Of a stretch of DNA of 64,000 bases, positions 45,710-56,712 are shown piece after piece (position 1 is the stretch's first letter; every line of letters starts with the position of its first letter). The stretch is taken from NCBI GenBank assembly GCA_013265495.1, contig MU059006.1, forward strand, positions 186,001-250,000, read 5' to 3'. The position numbers and the translations under genes are program-made. The DNA comes from Vicugna vicugna. Lineage: Eukaryota. A model generated the notes under the pieces. It made no database searches. It was not told the DNA's origin and was given only the letters and a program-made list of their open reading frames with translations.

Positions 45710-46483
45710 GACCGGCCACTCTGGAGTGGGAGAAACCTGTCCCGCCCCGTGCCCAGCAGGACAGCATTCTCAGAACCTTCTGGAGCGAGCGCTTGACTCA
45801 GAATGCAGCCACAAAGGCAGGGCAGAGCTCCCAGGGAGCCATGCTGGGTCCCAGAAAGATCTGTCCCCTGAGGCATCATTCTGGGGTCTTTCATTGCTAG
45901 TGACTCAGCCCCCTAAATGTCGGTCTGAATCCTCTGAAGGGATCTGAATTAGCCCTGGCCTGATGGTCACCCACCGCCTGTCCCCTCTGCCCTCAAGGCC
46001 TGAAAACTGGACATGTCCACAATGTTGGGTTTTGTAACCATCATCTCATAACCTGGATAGAAGGCTTCAAACCTGAGAGCTTCACTCCCTTCACATAGAA
46101 AGAAACTCTGTTTAAATAATCAGTTTGAAAACACTTGGGACCACATAGTGATGCTGGAAAACAGGGCCTAAATGATGATATCAATGGCTGTTTTCTTTCC
46201 AAATCCATTGCAAAAGCTTGTCTACATACCGTATACACATATAACCAATTTCGGTTTCTTTTCCTCGATATGTATTTTATTTTAAAACAGAGAGGAGGGA
46301 ATTGACATCGTTCCCCACAGAGGTGATCATCGCTGGTTAAGTGTGCGTTGTTTAAACATGCTTATGGAAATAACACCTACAGTGCTATGTTGGAATACTA
46401 AAACATAACCAAGATTTTATATTTTTGTAAATTATACTTTCTCTACTGTAGATGGTGTGTGTTACGTGTTTTTATGGAAAGCT

Positions 46484-46494
46484 AATAAATTAAA
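46484..46494 (+). terminator. GDF10: GDF10 polyadenylation signal (overlapping AATAAA/ATTAAA)
   Basis: AATAAATTAAA about 775 nt after the stop, preceded by a U-rich stretch (TTTTATATTTTTGTAAATT, GTGTTTTTATG). Confidence 0.8.
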
Positions 46495-47836
46495 GGGACA
46501 GTGCTATCTTGAAAAACTGACTGTCACCCATTCCAAAATACGGATGGACCCCCGTGTGTCAGTATGACACCTGGGTGGCTGCGGGGACACAGCCACTTTA
46601 GGAGCCGACATCCTAAGCTCCAGACATCATCTACTCCTCGGCCGGCCAGGGTCCGCCCACTCACTGCAACACACGTCCCCACTCTGAGCTCGTCCAGGCA
46701 GGACAGTAGCTTTAGCCTCAGAGGACATCCATTGATGGGGGGGTGACTGAGGCATTTAAAGGAACATCTGTGGTAGCCTGGTCAGGGACCTTTTACTCAA
46801 GCCACTTCAAGCAGGAGATCCAATGGAAGTGAGGGGTCTCTCCTGAGATTCAGGGGTTCCTGAGGGACTGGAATGTCTGCTTCTCCCTGCTTCCTTGTCA
46901 GCATCTCCATCTCAAAACAGCCTCCCCACAATGGTTCCCTACCCCTGAGCTGACATCACCTTACAGCTGTAGCGCCCAAAGCTGGTTGACTGGCATTTCT
47001 GAAGAAGCTGGGTCCAATTTGGGGCAGGTATGTAACAGTCCTTGGCTGGGAACTCTGAGGATGGCATGGTCCCCAGTCGTACCTGGAGGAGGCTGAAAAG
47101 CCAGGAGCAGTTCTCTAAGAGGGGACTTCGAAGGAGGAAAGAAGCCCAGGGCTTCAAGGACTCCTGAGGCTAGGGTTCCCATGCAAGGGCTGTGGGAGGA
47201 AGTGCTCCCAGGAGACACAGGTGGGGAGTGGGTAGAACAGGATGAGAGGGCAAGAAACTCAGCATCCCAGCCTTGCCTGGACCCTGTGGGGAGTTCTGGA
47301 GCTTCAGCTGTACCTCCGGGTTAGTCTAGCTTTGAGGCAAGGGAGCTGGATAGTCAGACCCCCTCCCTAGGCTGCCCCTGGTGGAGAGATGGAAACTTGC
47401 CAGCTCTCCGGCCCTCTGCACAGGCAGCCACTGTGGTTTAGGAAGCCCAGCAGCATCTGAAGAAGGCCACAATCAACAGCTACTGGAGGTAAGGAGAGTG
47501 ACACTGATGACAGTACCGAGGACAGGCAGGTGAGGGCTGAGGGTGCCTGGATAGGGGTGCAGGCATTTTCCCCACAAACATCTTCACTGCAAGATGTTCC
47601 TTCACAAGCATTTTTGCTGCACAACTAATTGACCATGAAGCCACTTTGCCATAAAAGATCAAATAACTGGTTGAAAATTACATCACACTAGAAAGTGATC
47701 GCAGGTCAGCTTTTCCAGATTCTTCCATGAGCAGTCATCCCTCCTACCCATCAAAACCAAAAGTTTACCAAGCTATCAAAAATGTAAGAGGCAGCTACTA
47801 ATTCATGACAGTCTTCAAGAGCATTAATGATGAATG

Positions 47837-48411
47837 TTTTTAAATTGAAGGATAATTGATTTACAACGTTGTGTTAGTTTCTGGTGTACAGCATAGTGAT
47901 TCAGTTACACATGTGTATATTCCTTTTCATATTCTTTTCCATTATAGGTTATTCCAAGCTATTAAATAGTTTCCTGCACTATACAGTAGGACCTTGTTTT
48001 GTTTTCTATCTATTTTATATACAGTAACTTATATCTGCTAATCCCAAACTCCTAATTTATCTCTCCCTGCCTTTCCCCTTTGGTAATCATAGGTTTGTTT
48101 TCTATGTCTGTGAGTCTGCTTCTGTTTTGTAAATAAGTTCATTAGTCTCATTTTTTTTAGATTCTACATATAAGTGATATGATATTTGTCTTTGGTCTGA
48201 CTTCACTTAGTACAATAATCTCTAGGTCCATCCATATTGCTGCAAGTGGCATTATTTCATTCTTTTTTATGGCTGAGTAGTATTCCATTGTATAAGTATA
48301 CCACCAGTTCTTTAACCATTCATCTGTCAATGGACATTCAGGTTGCTTCCACGTCTTGGCTGTTGTAAATAGTGCCTCTATGAACATTGAGGTATATGTG
48401 TCTTTTCGAAA
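47837..48411 (-). mobile_element. Cetartiodactyl-type L1 3' end, antisense
   Basis: TTTTTAAATTGAAGGATAATTGATTTACAACGTTGTGTTAGTTTCTGGTGTACAGCATAGTGATTCAG...AGATTCTACATATAAGTGATAT...GGCTGAGTAGTATTCCATTG...GGTTGCTTCCACGTCTTGGCTG. Confidence 0.92.
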
Positions 48412-48421
48412 CAGAGATCCC

Positions 48422-48573
48422 NNNNNNNNNNNNNNNNNNNNNNNNNNNNNNNNNNNNNNNNNNNNNNNNNNNNNNNNNNNNNNNNNNNNNNNNNNNNNNN
48501 NNNNNNNNNNNNNNNNNNNNNNNNNNNNNNNNNNNNNNNNNNNNNNNNNNNNNNNNNNNNNNNNNNNNNNNNN
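48422..48573. other. Assembly gap (152 N)
   Basis: Run of N. Confidence 1.
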
Positions 48574-50988
48574 CAGCATTTAGTGGATTCTTTAGCTCAT
48601 TTAGATACAATGGCTTGTTCTCTCATGCCATCTTTACCAGATTTATCATGTGGTATCAGAAGTTGGAGGCAAAGAAAGAATAAAGCTCCTCTTATTCCCC
48701 CAAAAAGGAGATGGTTATGTGATTCCTGGTTAAGTATACGTCTCTTGAAAATGATGTAAATTTTAACAAAATCTGACTTAGATTAGCTCCACCGAGGATT
48801 TGCAAAAACTGATGTGTTTGTTGTCTTTTCTAGTGTAATATAACTGTCAAGCAGTTATTTTATTTTTTTACTGCAAAACGGCCTTACGGCCAATTAGTCG
48901 TGCTGCAAAACCACTTGCAGCAAAGCTGTTTACGGGGAAAATGCTGGACACACCTGGCTGGGGCCCAGCAGCATCTGCTCAGCATCTCCTCTGAGGTGCT
49001 GCGAGTGGCCGCGGGGCATGTGTGTGAACAGCTGCCCTGGGCGCATGGCCCTGCCTCTTGGCAGAGATCAGGTGAGGTGATGGGGGTGGTCCTTAAGGCG
49101 CACACTGCCGTATTCCTGCAGGACTTGTCCTGGGGCTAAATGATTCAATCATTGGATTGCTGAGATGTCTCAGATTGGTCTGCAAATTGGTCATGGCTTG
49201 GTTTGCCATGTCTAATCCTTTTTGAAATATGACAGGATATAAATTACTAGCAAAATAAGTCAAAACATTAGGGCTTGATAAGGTTCCAAATGTCTTGCTT
49301 CTCAATATTAGATTCCTCATTTCCCCTTCTCTCCCTCGGTTTTTTTTTTTTTTCTCATCTAACTGCTCCCTTTCCATTTCTTGGTAAAGATGGGGTGTCC
49401 TGTAATAGTTCTATCTTACTCTTCCTGACAGTTTCAGTTTCTGGGAGATCTTCTGAGTCACCACTGAGGCCTACAACGTCTCTGAGCCTTCATTTCTGGA
49501 TGAAAGGGATGGAAGGAGCAGGCTGGGGGGATCACCCCTGTGTCCAGCCATGGACAGGGGCTTCGGGCTTGTGCCAGGATAGATGGTACCCAGTGGTGAT
49601 GACTTTGGGGTGTGGTAGAAGGAACCAGTGTAATCAGTGACCCATCCCCCATGTTTACAGAGCACCCTACAATTTAGACATGGCCTTTCCGTGAGCCTCA
49701 GAGCAACGTTGCAACTTACTATCCAGTTAGTGCCTCAGAAAAACAGGCTCAGGACATTTAGTAATATGACCACCAACATCTTACCAAGACTAAAGGTAAC
49801 ATCAGCTTTGACACCCAAGGCTGCCTAGTTCAAGTCTCAGGTGGCTGGTCCTGCCTCCCAGCTTCCTGGCCAGTGACCCCTACTACTAGCCTATTAGGGC
49901 TGTCCCAGTGCCACTGAATGGCCTTCCAGTAAAGCAAGATTTTAAAAGAAATGTGGGTATGAAACAACTTTCTTTCCTCTTAAAACCAAAATATCAATGT
50001 CACATTATCACAAGAGCCAGAGGTTCCAGCACACAGATATGCATGGGTCCCTGGATCCCTGAGGTCATCAACTGCCTCTGGGTCAGCCTGGAGGGAGCAG
50101 GGTGGTGGCCTGCCCCTGAGCCCGTTTCCTGAAGTCACACATCCTCTGATAGGGTAAGGCTTTAGTTCATGTGACAAATATAAACAGTACAACTATGAGC
50201 TAGAAACGTTAAGGCTGGGAAAAACTTCCGGAAAACTTCTGATGCAACCCTTTAACTCCACAAGTGGGGAAACTTGAGTCTGGATGCCCACCAGGTGTCT
50301 TGCCTGAGGCGTCTCAGCAGGTGCCTCTGTATGTCTAAGTCACTTGTAAAATATCACAGCGGGAGCCTTTAACTAATGCTCCTTCTGTGACCAGGGTGGA
50401 CACGGGGCCATGATAGAGGGGCCTCCAGAAATCTGAGGAGGGGATGGGAGAGTTTGCAGAGGAAAAGAGATGGCTCCCTCAGGATGCACGAGCTGGACTT
50501 AGCTGGCAGCATAAAGCCACTGCAGGCATCAGCTTGTGCAAGATGCGTTTGCTAGCCGCACGTGCCAAGGAGTGCTGGAGAGGGTTTTGAGGGGGGAAGA
50601 ACCAGAGAAGCAGCTTGGCAGCACTGGCTCTAGTTGTGCACCAAAACACTGAAGTTAGAGCTGAAGGCTATTTCCTTTTGCCAAAAGCTGGAAACGTAAA
50701 ATCCTTCACTGATAAACGGATGCTTCTGTGACTTCCATTCACCTCCTCTCTTCTGCTTCCTGAGACGATCATGCTCTTTTAAGCTCTGGTCCACTTTTCC
50801 TTCTCACTCACTCTAGAGCCCTCCAATCGCCCCCAGCAGTCCTGGTGGTATGTGTAGAGGGTGGGTGAACAGAGGAATGACCTGTTTATTCATTATTTAG
50901 CCTCTCCTGTGTGCCAGATACCGTATCAGGCAGCGTACACATACTTAATCTCTTGGACGGTCTATCTGAATTTCTTCTTTTATCAAAA

Positions 50989-51149
50989 GCAACGTGCAGA
51001 CTTGAATATGCATCAGACTCACCTGGAAGGCTGGACCAGGTTGCTGGACCCTGACTCTGACTCTGATTCAGGACAAGACTTAGCATTTCCAACTAATTCC
51101 CCAGTGCTGCTACTGCCGCGGTCCAGGGACCACACTGTAAGAACCACTG
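50989..51149 (+). mobile_element. MER5A hAT-Charlie MITE
   Basis: TGCATCAGACTCACCTGGAAGG...CTCTGATTCAG...TTAGCATTTCCAAC...GGTCCAGGGACCACACTGTAAGAACCACTG. Confidence 0.8.
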
Positions 51150-52439
51150 TTCTAATAAATGTGCTGACAGCCTGGGCACAGTGCAGGAACAGGGAGCACA
51201 CACTGGCTGAGGACTCACATTTGGCTGTGTGCCAAACAGAAGTAGGCTCTCAGGAAGGCAAGGCCCAGAAATGGAAAGGATATACCCCCCTGCTCTGCTT
51301 GGCTCATGCTCGCTCCTCAAGGTGGGTCCAGTCTTCATTCCTCTGGGCAATGTGTGGGTGATTGCGGCCCCCGAGAGGCTCACAGAAGGACAGATGTCTC
51401 ATCGTCACGCCTCCTGAGACAGAAGGGGCCCCTGACCCGCTGGAGGCAGCTGTGTCACAGACATTCAGGCAGATCCTGTCCCATCTCCATATGAAAGCTG
51501 AGGTCAGTGTCCTCTGGAAGGATGAGCTTCAGTCATCCTTGAAATAAATGGGTGAGTCAGCCCTGCCTCTCTTGTTCACTAAATTGTACTTCTCCCGTAG
51601 CAATGGCGTGTGATGACTCTATTTCTGTAATTCCAAAGTCCTGGGAGAGATGATGTTACAGATGCTTCGGTTAGAAGTTGCCACAGCACAGTCATGCCAA
51701 ACTGACCAGGCATCAATTGTAGACAAGTGCACCAGGCTGAGCTGGCAGCCACAGAGGCAGGGCCAGCCTGGTCCACACACCCGCTGGAGTGCCCTGAGGG
51801 GTCCAAGGACGTACGTAGGGATGAGCACAGAGGTCTGCCCAGGAGGGGCTTTAGACCCGCTGTGAACACAGGGCTGGCCTGCTCAGCACATCAAATTGTA
51901 GGAAGGATGCCATTTGGCCAACCCAAGGCAACAGCGGCCAGCAGTCCTAGGGCCCTTTGCAGTGGTTGTAAGGCAGATCCAACAGGATGTCATCACTCAG
52001 AACACAGAGGCTGCGAGGAGGAGGGGATCTGAGCAGGCACTGAAAGGCAGGACAGGGTGGCCCCAGGTGGAGGACAGTGGGGAGGAGCATGAGGCATCCC
52101 TAACGGAGAACACAGCCAAAGCAAGGGCTCTGAAGAAATGAAGGGCAGGTTCCCCACAGGAGTAATAGAAACAGTGATAGAAAAATCAGCACTCATATTG
52201 ACAAGAGTGCTGTTGAATGTTTACCACGTGCCAGACTCTGGGCTAAAGGCTTTCAGGGTTCCTGTGGAGCAAGCACCCAGGCATCTGAGGAAGCCTCTGG
52301 CCTTCTCCCTGGACTTAGAGCATGGTACCAAATATGACTCTCCAGCATGGCCCTGGACCAGCGTGGATGAAAGGTGGCATCTTCCATACCTTCTGGAAGG
52401 CTGAAGGCCTTTGGCTCACTAAAACAGGAAAATAGAGTC

Positions 52440-52850
52440 CAAATCAGCTAGCAATGCAAATCAACATTACTTTGTTCATCAAATTGCTAATGATTAAAAG
52501 GAACTACAAGTGAAGGGTGCAACAGGTGCTCTTAGAATCTGCCAGTGGGAATGAATCTTAAAAGAGTATTTCTGGAAAGCGGCTTTGCAAATTTTACCAA
52601 GAGTTTTGAAAATATATATTTTCAAATATTTAGATATCCCCCTTCTGATGAACTCTCTTAACAATATATATTTATATAATTGTATGTATATAAAATATGC
52701 CTTGCAATATTATCTTAATAAATAATCTCTCCTGTAGCTGGAAGATGTTGACTACATCAAGATATGTCAATATGATTGGGTATTGTTCAGTCATAAAAAT
52801 GGAAGTACATGAAAATTTTTCATGGCGGGAGAAGACAGTTATATAATCTT
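52440..52850 (+). mobile_element. Old L1 (L1ME-like) 3' region
   Basis: AATGCAAATCAACA...CATCAAATTG...TTTCTGGAAAGC...CAGTCATAAAAATG. Confidence 0.55.
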
Positions 52851-52869
52851 TTAGCTGCATCTTCTTCCA

Positions 52870-53230
52870 GTGACCAAATCTAGGCCCCTCTGGGGAATCA
52901 TCCCATCCTGACTCTCATTCCTTGCTACCAGTGACGTCACCTCCACCTAAGCCAATCAAGGCACTGAATTTCCATGGCCACAGTGATTGGCTGGGGCCTG
53001 GGCAGATGATCCAATCTGGACCAAAGAGATACCATAAGAATAACCAGGACCACCTGGAAAGGGGGCTTTTGCTTCTCCCTCAATGGATATGAATTGGATG
53101 CAGGCCAGCGATAGCCATCTTGCCAAGATGCAGAGATGGAGCCCCCATAAGAACCTAGAGATTTCTGGAAAAGGGGAGAATGGGATCAGAGTGTGATCGT
53201 GGATGACCTCTTCTCTCAACCCAGCCCCCT
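52870..53230 (+). mobile_element. MaLR LTR (MLT1J/K-like), same orientation as GDF2
   Basis: AAGCCAATCA...CCATGGCCACAGTGATTGGCT...GATCCAATCTGGACCAA...GCCATCTTGCC...GATGACCT...CCCAGCC. Confidence 0.55.
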
Positions 53231-53809
53231 GGCACAGGGGTGTGCCTGCTGGAGAAATGGGTAAGCCTGGGAGTGTGTCTTAAGAAAGCTGTTACCTTGG
53301 TGCCCAAAAGGAGACATCATGGGGACCTGGGCAGAAGCCTAGACCAGCCGGCACCAACAGCTGTAACATGTGTGGGAGCCACCCCGACAGCAAAACCGGG
53401 TGTCATTGAGAAGCAACAGCAGTTGGGACCTGCCAAGACCCTTACCCCATCCCCCTTCCCTCTTCCAGCATGAAGAAGCTGGACTGATACCAACTCACCT
53501 CCATCTCCTTTGGCCTAAATCAACCTACAGGCTCTTAAACAATTCAGGAAAGAGATGCCCTGAGAGAGGAAACCAGACTTTCTGATTATACAGATCAGGA
53601 GGCCTCATACAATTACTTAGAAACAATAAAGGAGATGTGAACATAATGATACTCTGAATTTGTGGGCAGATAATTCCAGAAATGCCCAGGCATGTTGTAC
53701 TGCACAGTTCTGGGGGCGCCTTCCCTGTCACAGTCTATGTAACCAGGACCTCCAGGAGGTGTTCACATGCGACCTTCATGGTAGGATGTGGTGACCCCAT
53801 ATGTAAGCA

Positions 53810-54075
53810 GGTCCCTAGTCCTCAAATCCAAAACTATTAGAAAACCTGACTTTCTTTCAATCCCTTGCAAGACAAAACTTGATCTGAATGGGTATTTGTG
53901 TTTTGGTTTGTTTCATTACAGAAATATTAATGTGTATGAGTATAGGGTGTTGGCCCCAACCCCGCTGGGGATACCACAGTATACTCACCATATCAAATTC
54001 CCCAAATCTGAAGCTTTCTGAATCGCAAAACACTCCTGGCCACAAGGATTTTAAACAGGGGATTGTGGAGTTGCA
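53810..54075. mobile_element. Tigger-like DNA transposon fragment
   Basis: End reads CAAATCTGAAGCTTTCTGAATCGCAAAACACTCCTGGCCACAAGGATTTTAAACAGGGGATTGTGGA, similar to Tc1/mariner-derived MITE termini. Family uncertain. Confidence 0.35.
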
Positions 54076-55996
54076 GCTGTCTCAAAACGTTGCCTGCGCC
54101 CATCACTAGAGGGTGAGATTGCAAGTTATTTTTATTTCCTCCTTTCTAATGTTTTGCATTTCCCAAATTATCTGCACTATATATTACTGATATAAGCAAG
54201 GGGAAAAAATCTGTCCTGTTTTTAAGAAAACATCAGATCAGCAGCATCTCCAGCTTCAAGAGACAGCACGTTCAGGCCGCCCTCTGGCAACCCTTGGCTC
54301 CACCTCTTGAATGTGACAGGTTTCTGGGTGGCCTCCAGGGACCGGAGCACTGAGAGGGATGCCTGCTCTGCCCCCCAGCTCCTCCCAGCCCGCTCCCTGC
54401 TGCTGTGAAGTTGAAGCTTCACTGCCTGCCCTGTGCACCCATTCTCCTCCCTGCCTCAGGGAGTTCATGCTCAGAGCTGGCTCAAAGCCCGGCAAACTTC
54501 CTGCCCCCTCTGCAGGCAGCGCTTCTGAAGCTGCACCCTTCCCGTCCATCCTCCCTGGCAGTTGTCCCCAAAGGATGGGGACAGCAAGTTCTGTCCAAGC
54601 CTGGCCCCTGGAGATTCCTGGTTTCACACCCCCTACCACCACCACCACAAGGAGTAGAATAGAGCTGGGTGCACACCGGGATCTCTGCATCTACCTGCCC
54701 CGGCCCCTCGTCCATCCTCCTGAACCTGCTCAGCTTATTGCAACCCCTCCTAAGGGCCCCACCAGCTTGGAAAAACTCCGTGTTCAAACCCTCTTTAGAG
54801 TAGATCCCTAGAATATTCTTATGCTCATTCTTTGCTGTGGTCGAACCCACATGCAATGGAAATGGACAGGGTCTAAGTGCGGGCATGCTGCCTTTAAAAT
54901 AACAGATCCTGGGTCCTCCCAGGCCCTGTCTGGGCCCTCAGGCAGGGGGAACATCTTCTGGGCATGTAATGGCCTCAGAGCTGCACCCCCCCACCCCAAC
55001 TTTGTCTCCCAGATGACAAGCGTGGCCCAGGCTGACATGACCAAAGACTGCCCCCCACCCCACCCCCCCGACCAGTGACAGAGCTCTCCTGGGGTCCCCG
55101 AGCCAGCAGGCCTCAGTGTGTAAGTGGTGTTTTCACACAGCAGGTCAGGGAGGGGCAGGGCTTCCTCCCCAGCTCCCAGCTCAGTCACACCCCGGGTGGA
55201 GAAGTGGCAGCCATAATGCAGCCACCCAACTGACTGAGTCTCACGGTGACCTCTCTGACGTTCAGCACATAATCCCCTTAAATCCTTCAAACTCTCTTCT
55301 GTACCAGAGGCTCAGAGAGGCGAAGTGACTTGCTCCAGGTTGAATCACTGAGGGAGCTGGGACTTGAACCCATATTTGGCCTGCCTGCAGAGTCTTCATC
55401 ATCTCACTAAATTCCATGCACCACGTTCACGCATGATCTCTAAGGCTCCGGAACTTGCTTGACAAATGAGAAACCAAGGCACAGAACGCTTAGCCACAAA
55501 TGCACATTCTGGTTCCCCGGGAAGCAGGCCTCTTATTAAACACTGACAAGTAAGGTCCCCACCCCGCCACCCACCCCAGGTCCCAGTTAGCTGAAGTCTT
55601 CTGGGAGTTTCCTGCTGTTGTTTCTATATTTGGAGGACTTTTTGGTCTTGTTGGTTTCCTGGATTCTTTGTTTCCGTGGCCCAGGAGAGGAAGCATATGT
55701 CACCCTGTCTGGAGATGCTTCTGAACAGAGCTGGCAAGGAAATGAGAAAGGATCCTAATGAGAGGGCGATAACCCCATGGAGAAATTCAGATTCTTTGCA
55801 GCAGGCCGTGTCCTTCCCACAAGCCCTGTGTGCTCGTGAGATGTTTATAGAGCCTTCATTAAGGGAGAGTTCCCTTAGATAAGAGGCCGAGCGCAGCATC
55901 GAGGGCCAGATAAGAACAAGTGGGGGGCAATTCGGGGACGGCGGGTGAGAGCCTGTGAACTGGCGGGGGTGCTCGGTGCAGAGCGTGGGCAGGACA

Positions 55997-56038
55997 ATGC
56001 GGGCTGGCTCCTTCCGGGCTCCTCCCCGAACCCGCTAA
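55997..56038 (+). promoter_or_regulatory. Upstream ORF in the GDF2 5' leader ([13 protein letters not shown])
   Basis: ACAATGC context (-3 A), 13 codons, TAA at 56036-56038. Out of frame with, and ending 52 nt before, the main ATG. Confidence 0.6.
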
Positions 56039-56090
56039 CCCACCGCGGCTGCCGCACGCAGTCTCCCGTGCAGGGCAAGAGCATCCCAAG

Positions 56091-56436
56091 ATGTGCCGCG
56101 GGGCGCTCTGGGCGGCCCTGCCCGTGCTCTCCCTGCTGGCCTGCTCCGCGCAGGGGAAGCCGCTGGAGAGCCAGGGGCGGGCGTCGGTCGGGGGAGATGC
56201 GCACCGCCTGCTAGAGGGGCCCGGAGATGAGCAGGATGGGGGCACCTTCGACCTGAGGATGTTCCTGGAGAACATGAAGGTGGATTTCCTGCGCAGCCTC
56301 AACTTGAGCGGGGTCCCTTCCCAGGACAGAACCCGAGCCGAGCCGCCGCAGTACATGATCGACCTGTACAACAGATACACCACGGACAAGTCGTCCACCC
56401 CCGCCTCCAACATCGTGCGCAGCTTCAGCGTGGAAG
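56091..56436 (+). CDS. GDF2: GDF2 (BMP9) coding exon 1: signal peptide and prodomain N-terminus (346 nt, ends phase 1)
   Basis: [25 protein letters not shown]...[27 protein letters not shown]...[32 protein letters not shown]. Donor GAAG|GTAGAG at 56437. Confidence 0.98.
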
Positions 56437-56494
56437 GTAGAGTTGGCTCCGTCGGGGCGCCCCGGGTGGGGATGCGGGACTCAGTGGGCCACCG

Positions 56495-56712
56495 CTGCGT
56501 CTTGCCCGGTATGGCGGCCGCTGGACCCGTGGGGCTCCTTAAGTTTCTATTTAAATTAATTTCAATGAAATGAAATCAATAGCTTAGTTTTTTAGTTTCA
56601 CTAGCTTGGATGCAAGTGCTCAGCAGTCATGTATGGCTAACGGGGACCCTATAGGACAGCGGAGATTGTAGAACACTTCGATCTTTGCAGACAGTTCTTC
56701 TGGACAGCTCTG
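56495..56712 (-). mobile_element. MER3 hAT-Charlie MITE
   Basis: ATTTAAATTAATTTCAATGAAATGAAA...CAAGTGCTCAGCAGTCATGTATGGCTA...TAGGACAGC...TAGAACACTTCGATCTTTGCAGACAGTTCTTCTGGACAGCTCTG. Confidence 0.8.

Larger units (their letters stand above)
47553..48955. mobile_element. Non-autonomous DNA transposon with about 170-bp terminal inverted repeats (Mutator/foldback-like; family unassigned)
   Basis: 47563-47732 aligns to the reverse complement of about 48785-48944 at roughly 80% in the best 115 positions (hand alignment). AT-rich interior, interrupted by a younger L1 and a gap. Confidence 0.75.
55840..56530 (+). promoter_or_regulatory. GDF2: GDF2 promoter and CpG-rich exon 1 region
   Basis: TGTTTAT (55842-55848), two AGATAAGA (55877-55884, 55908-55915), CpG-rich from about 55890 to 56530. 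Confidence 0.7.

Noticed and set aside
53710-54300. CTCF-like motifs (TCACTAGAGGGTG near 54104; TTGCCAGAGGGCG near 54275)
   Set aside because: Two or more mismatches at high-information positions.
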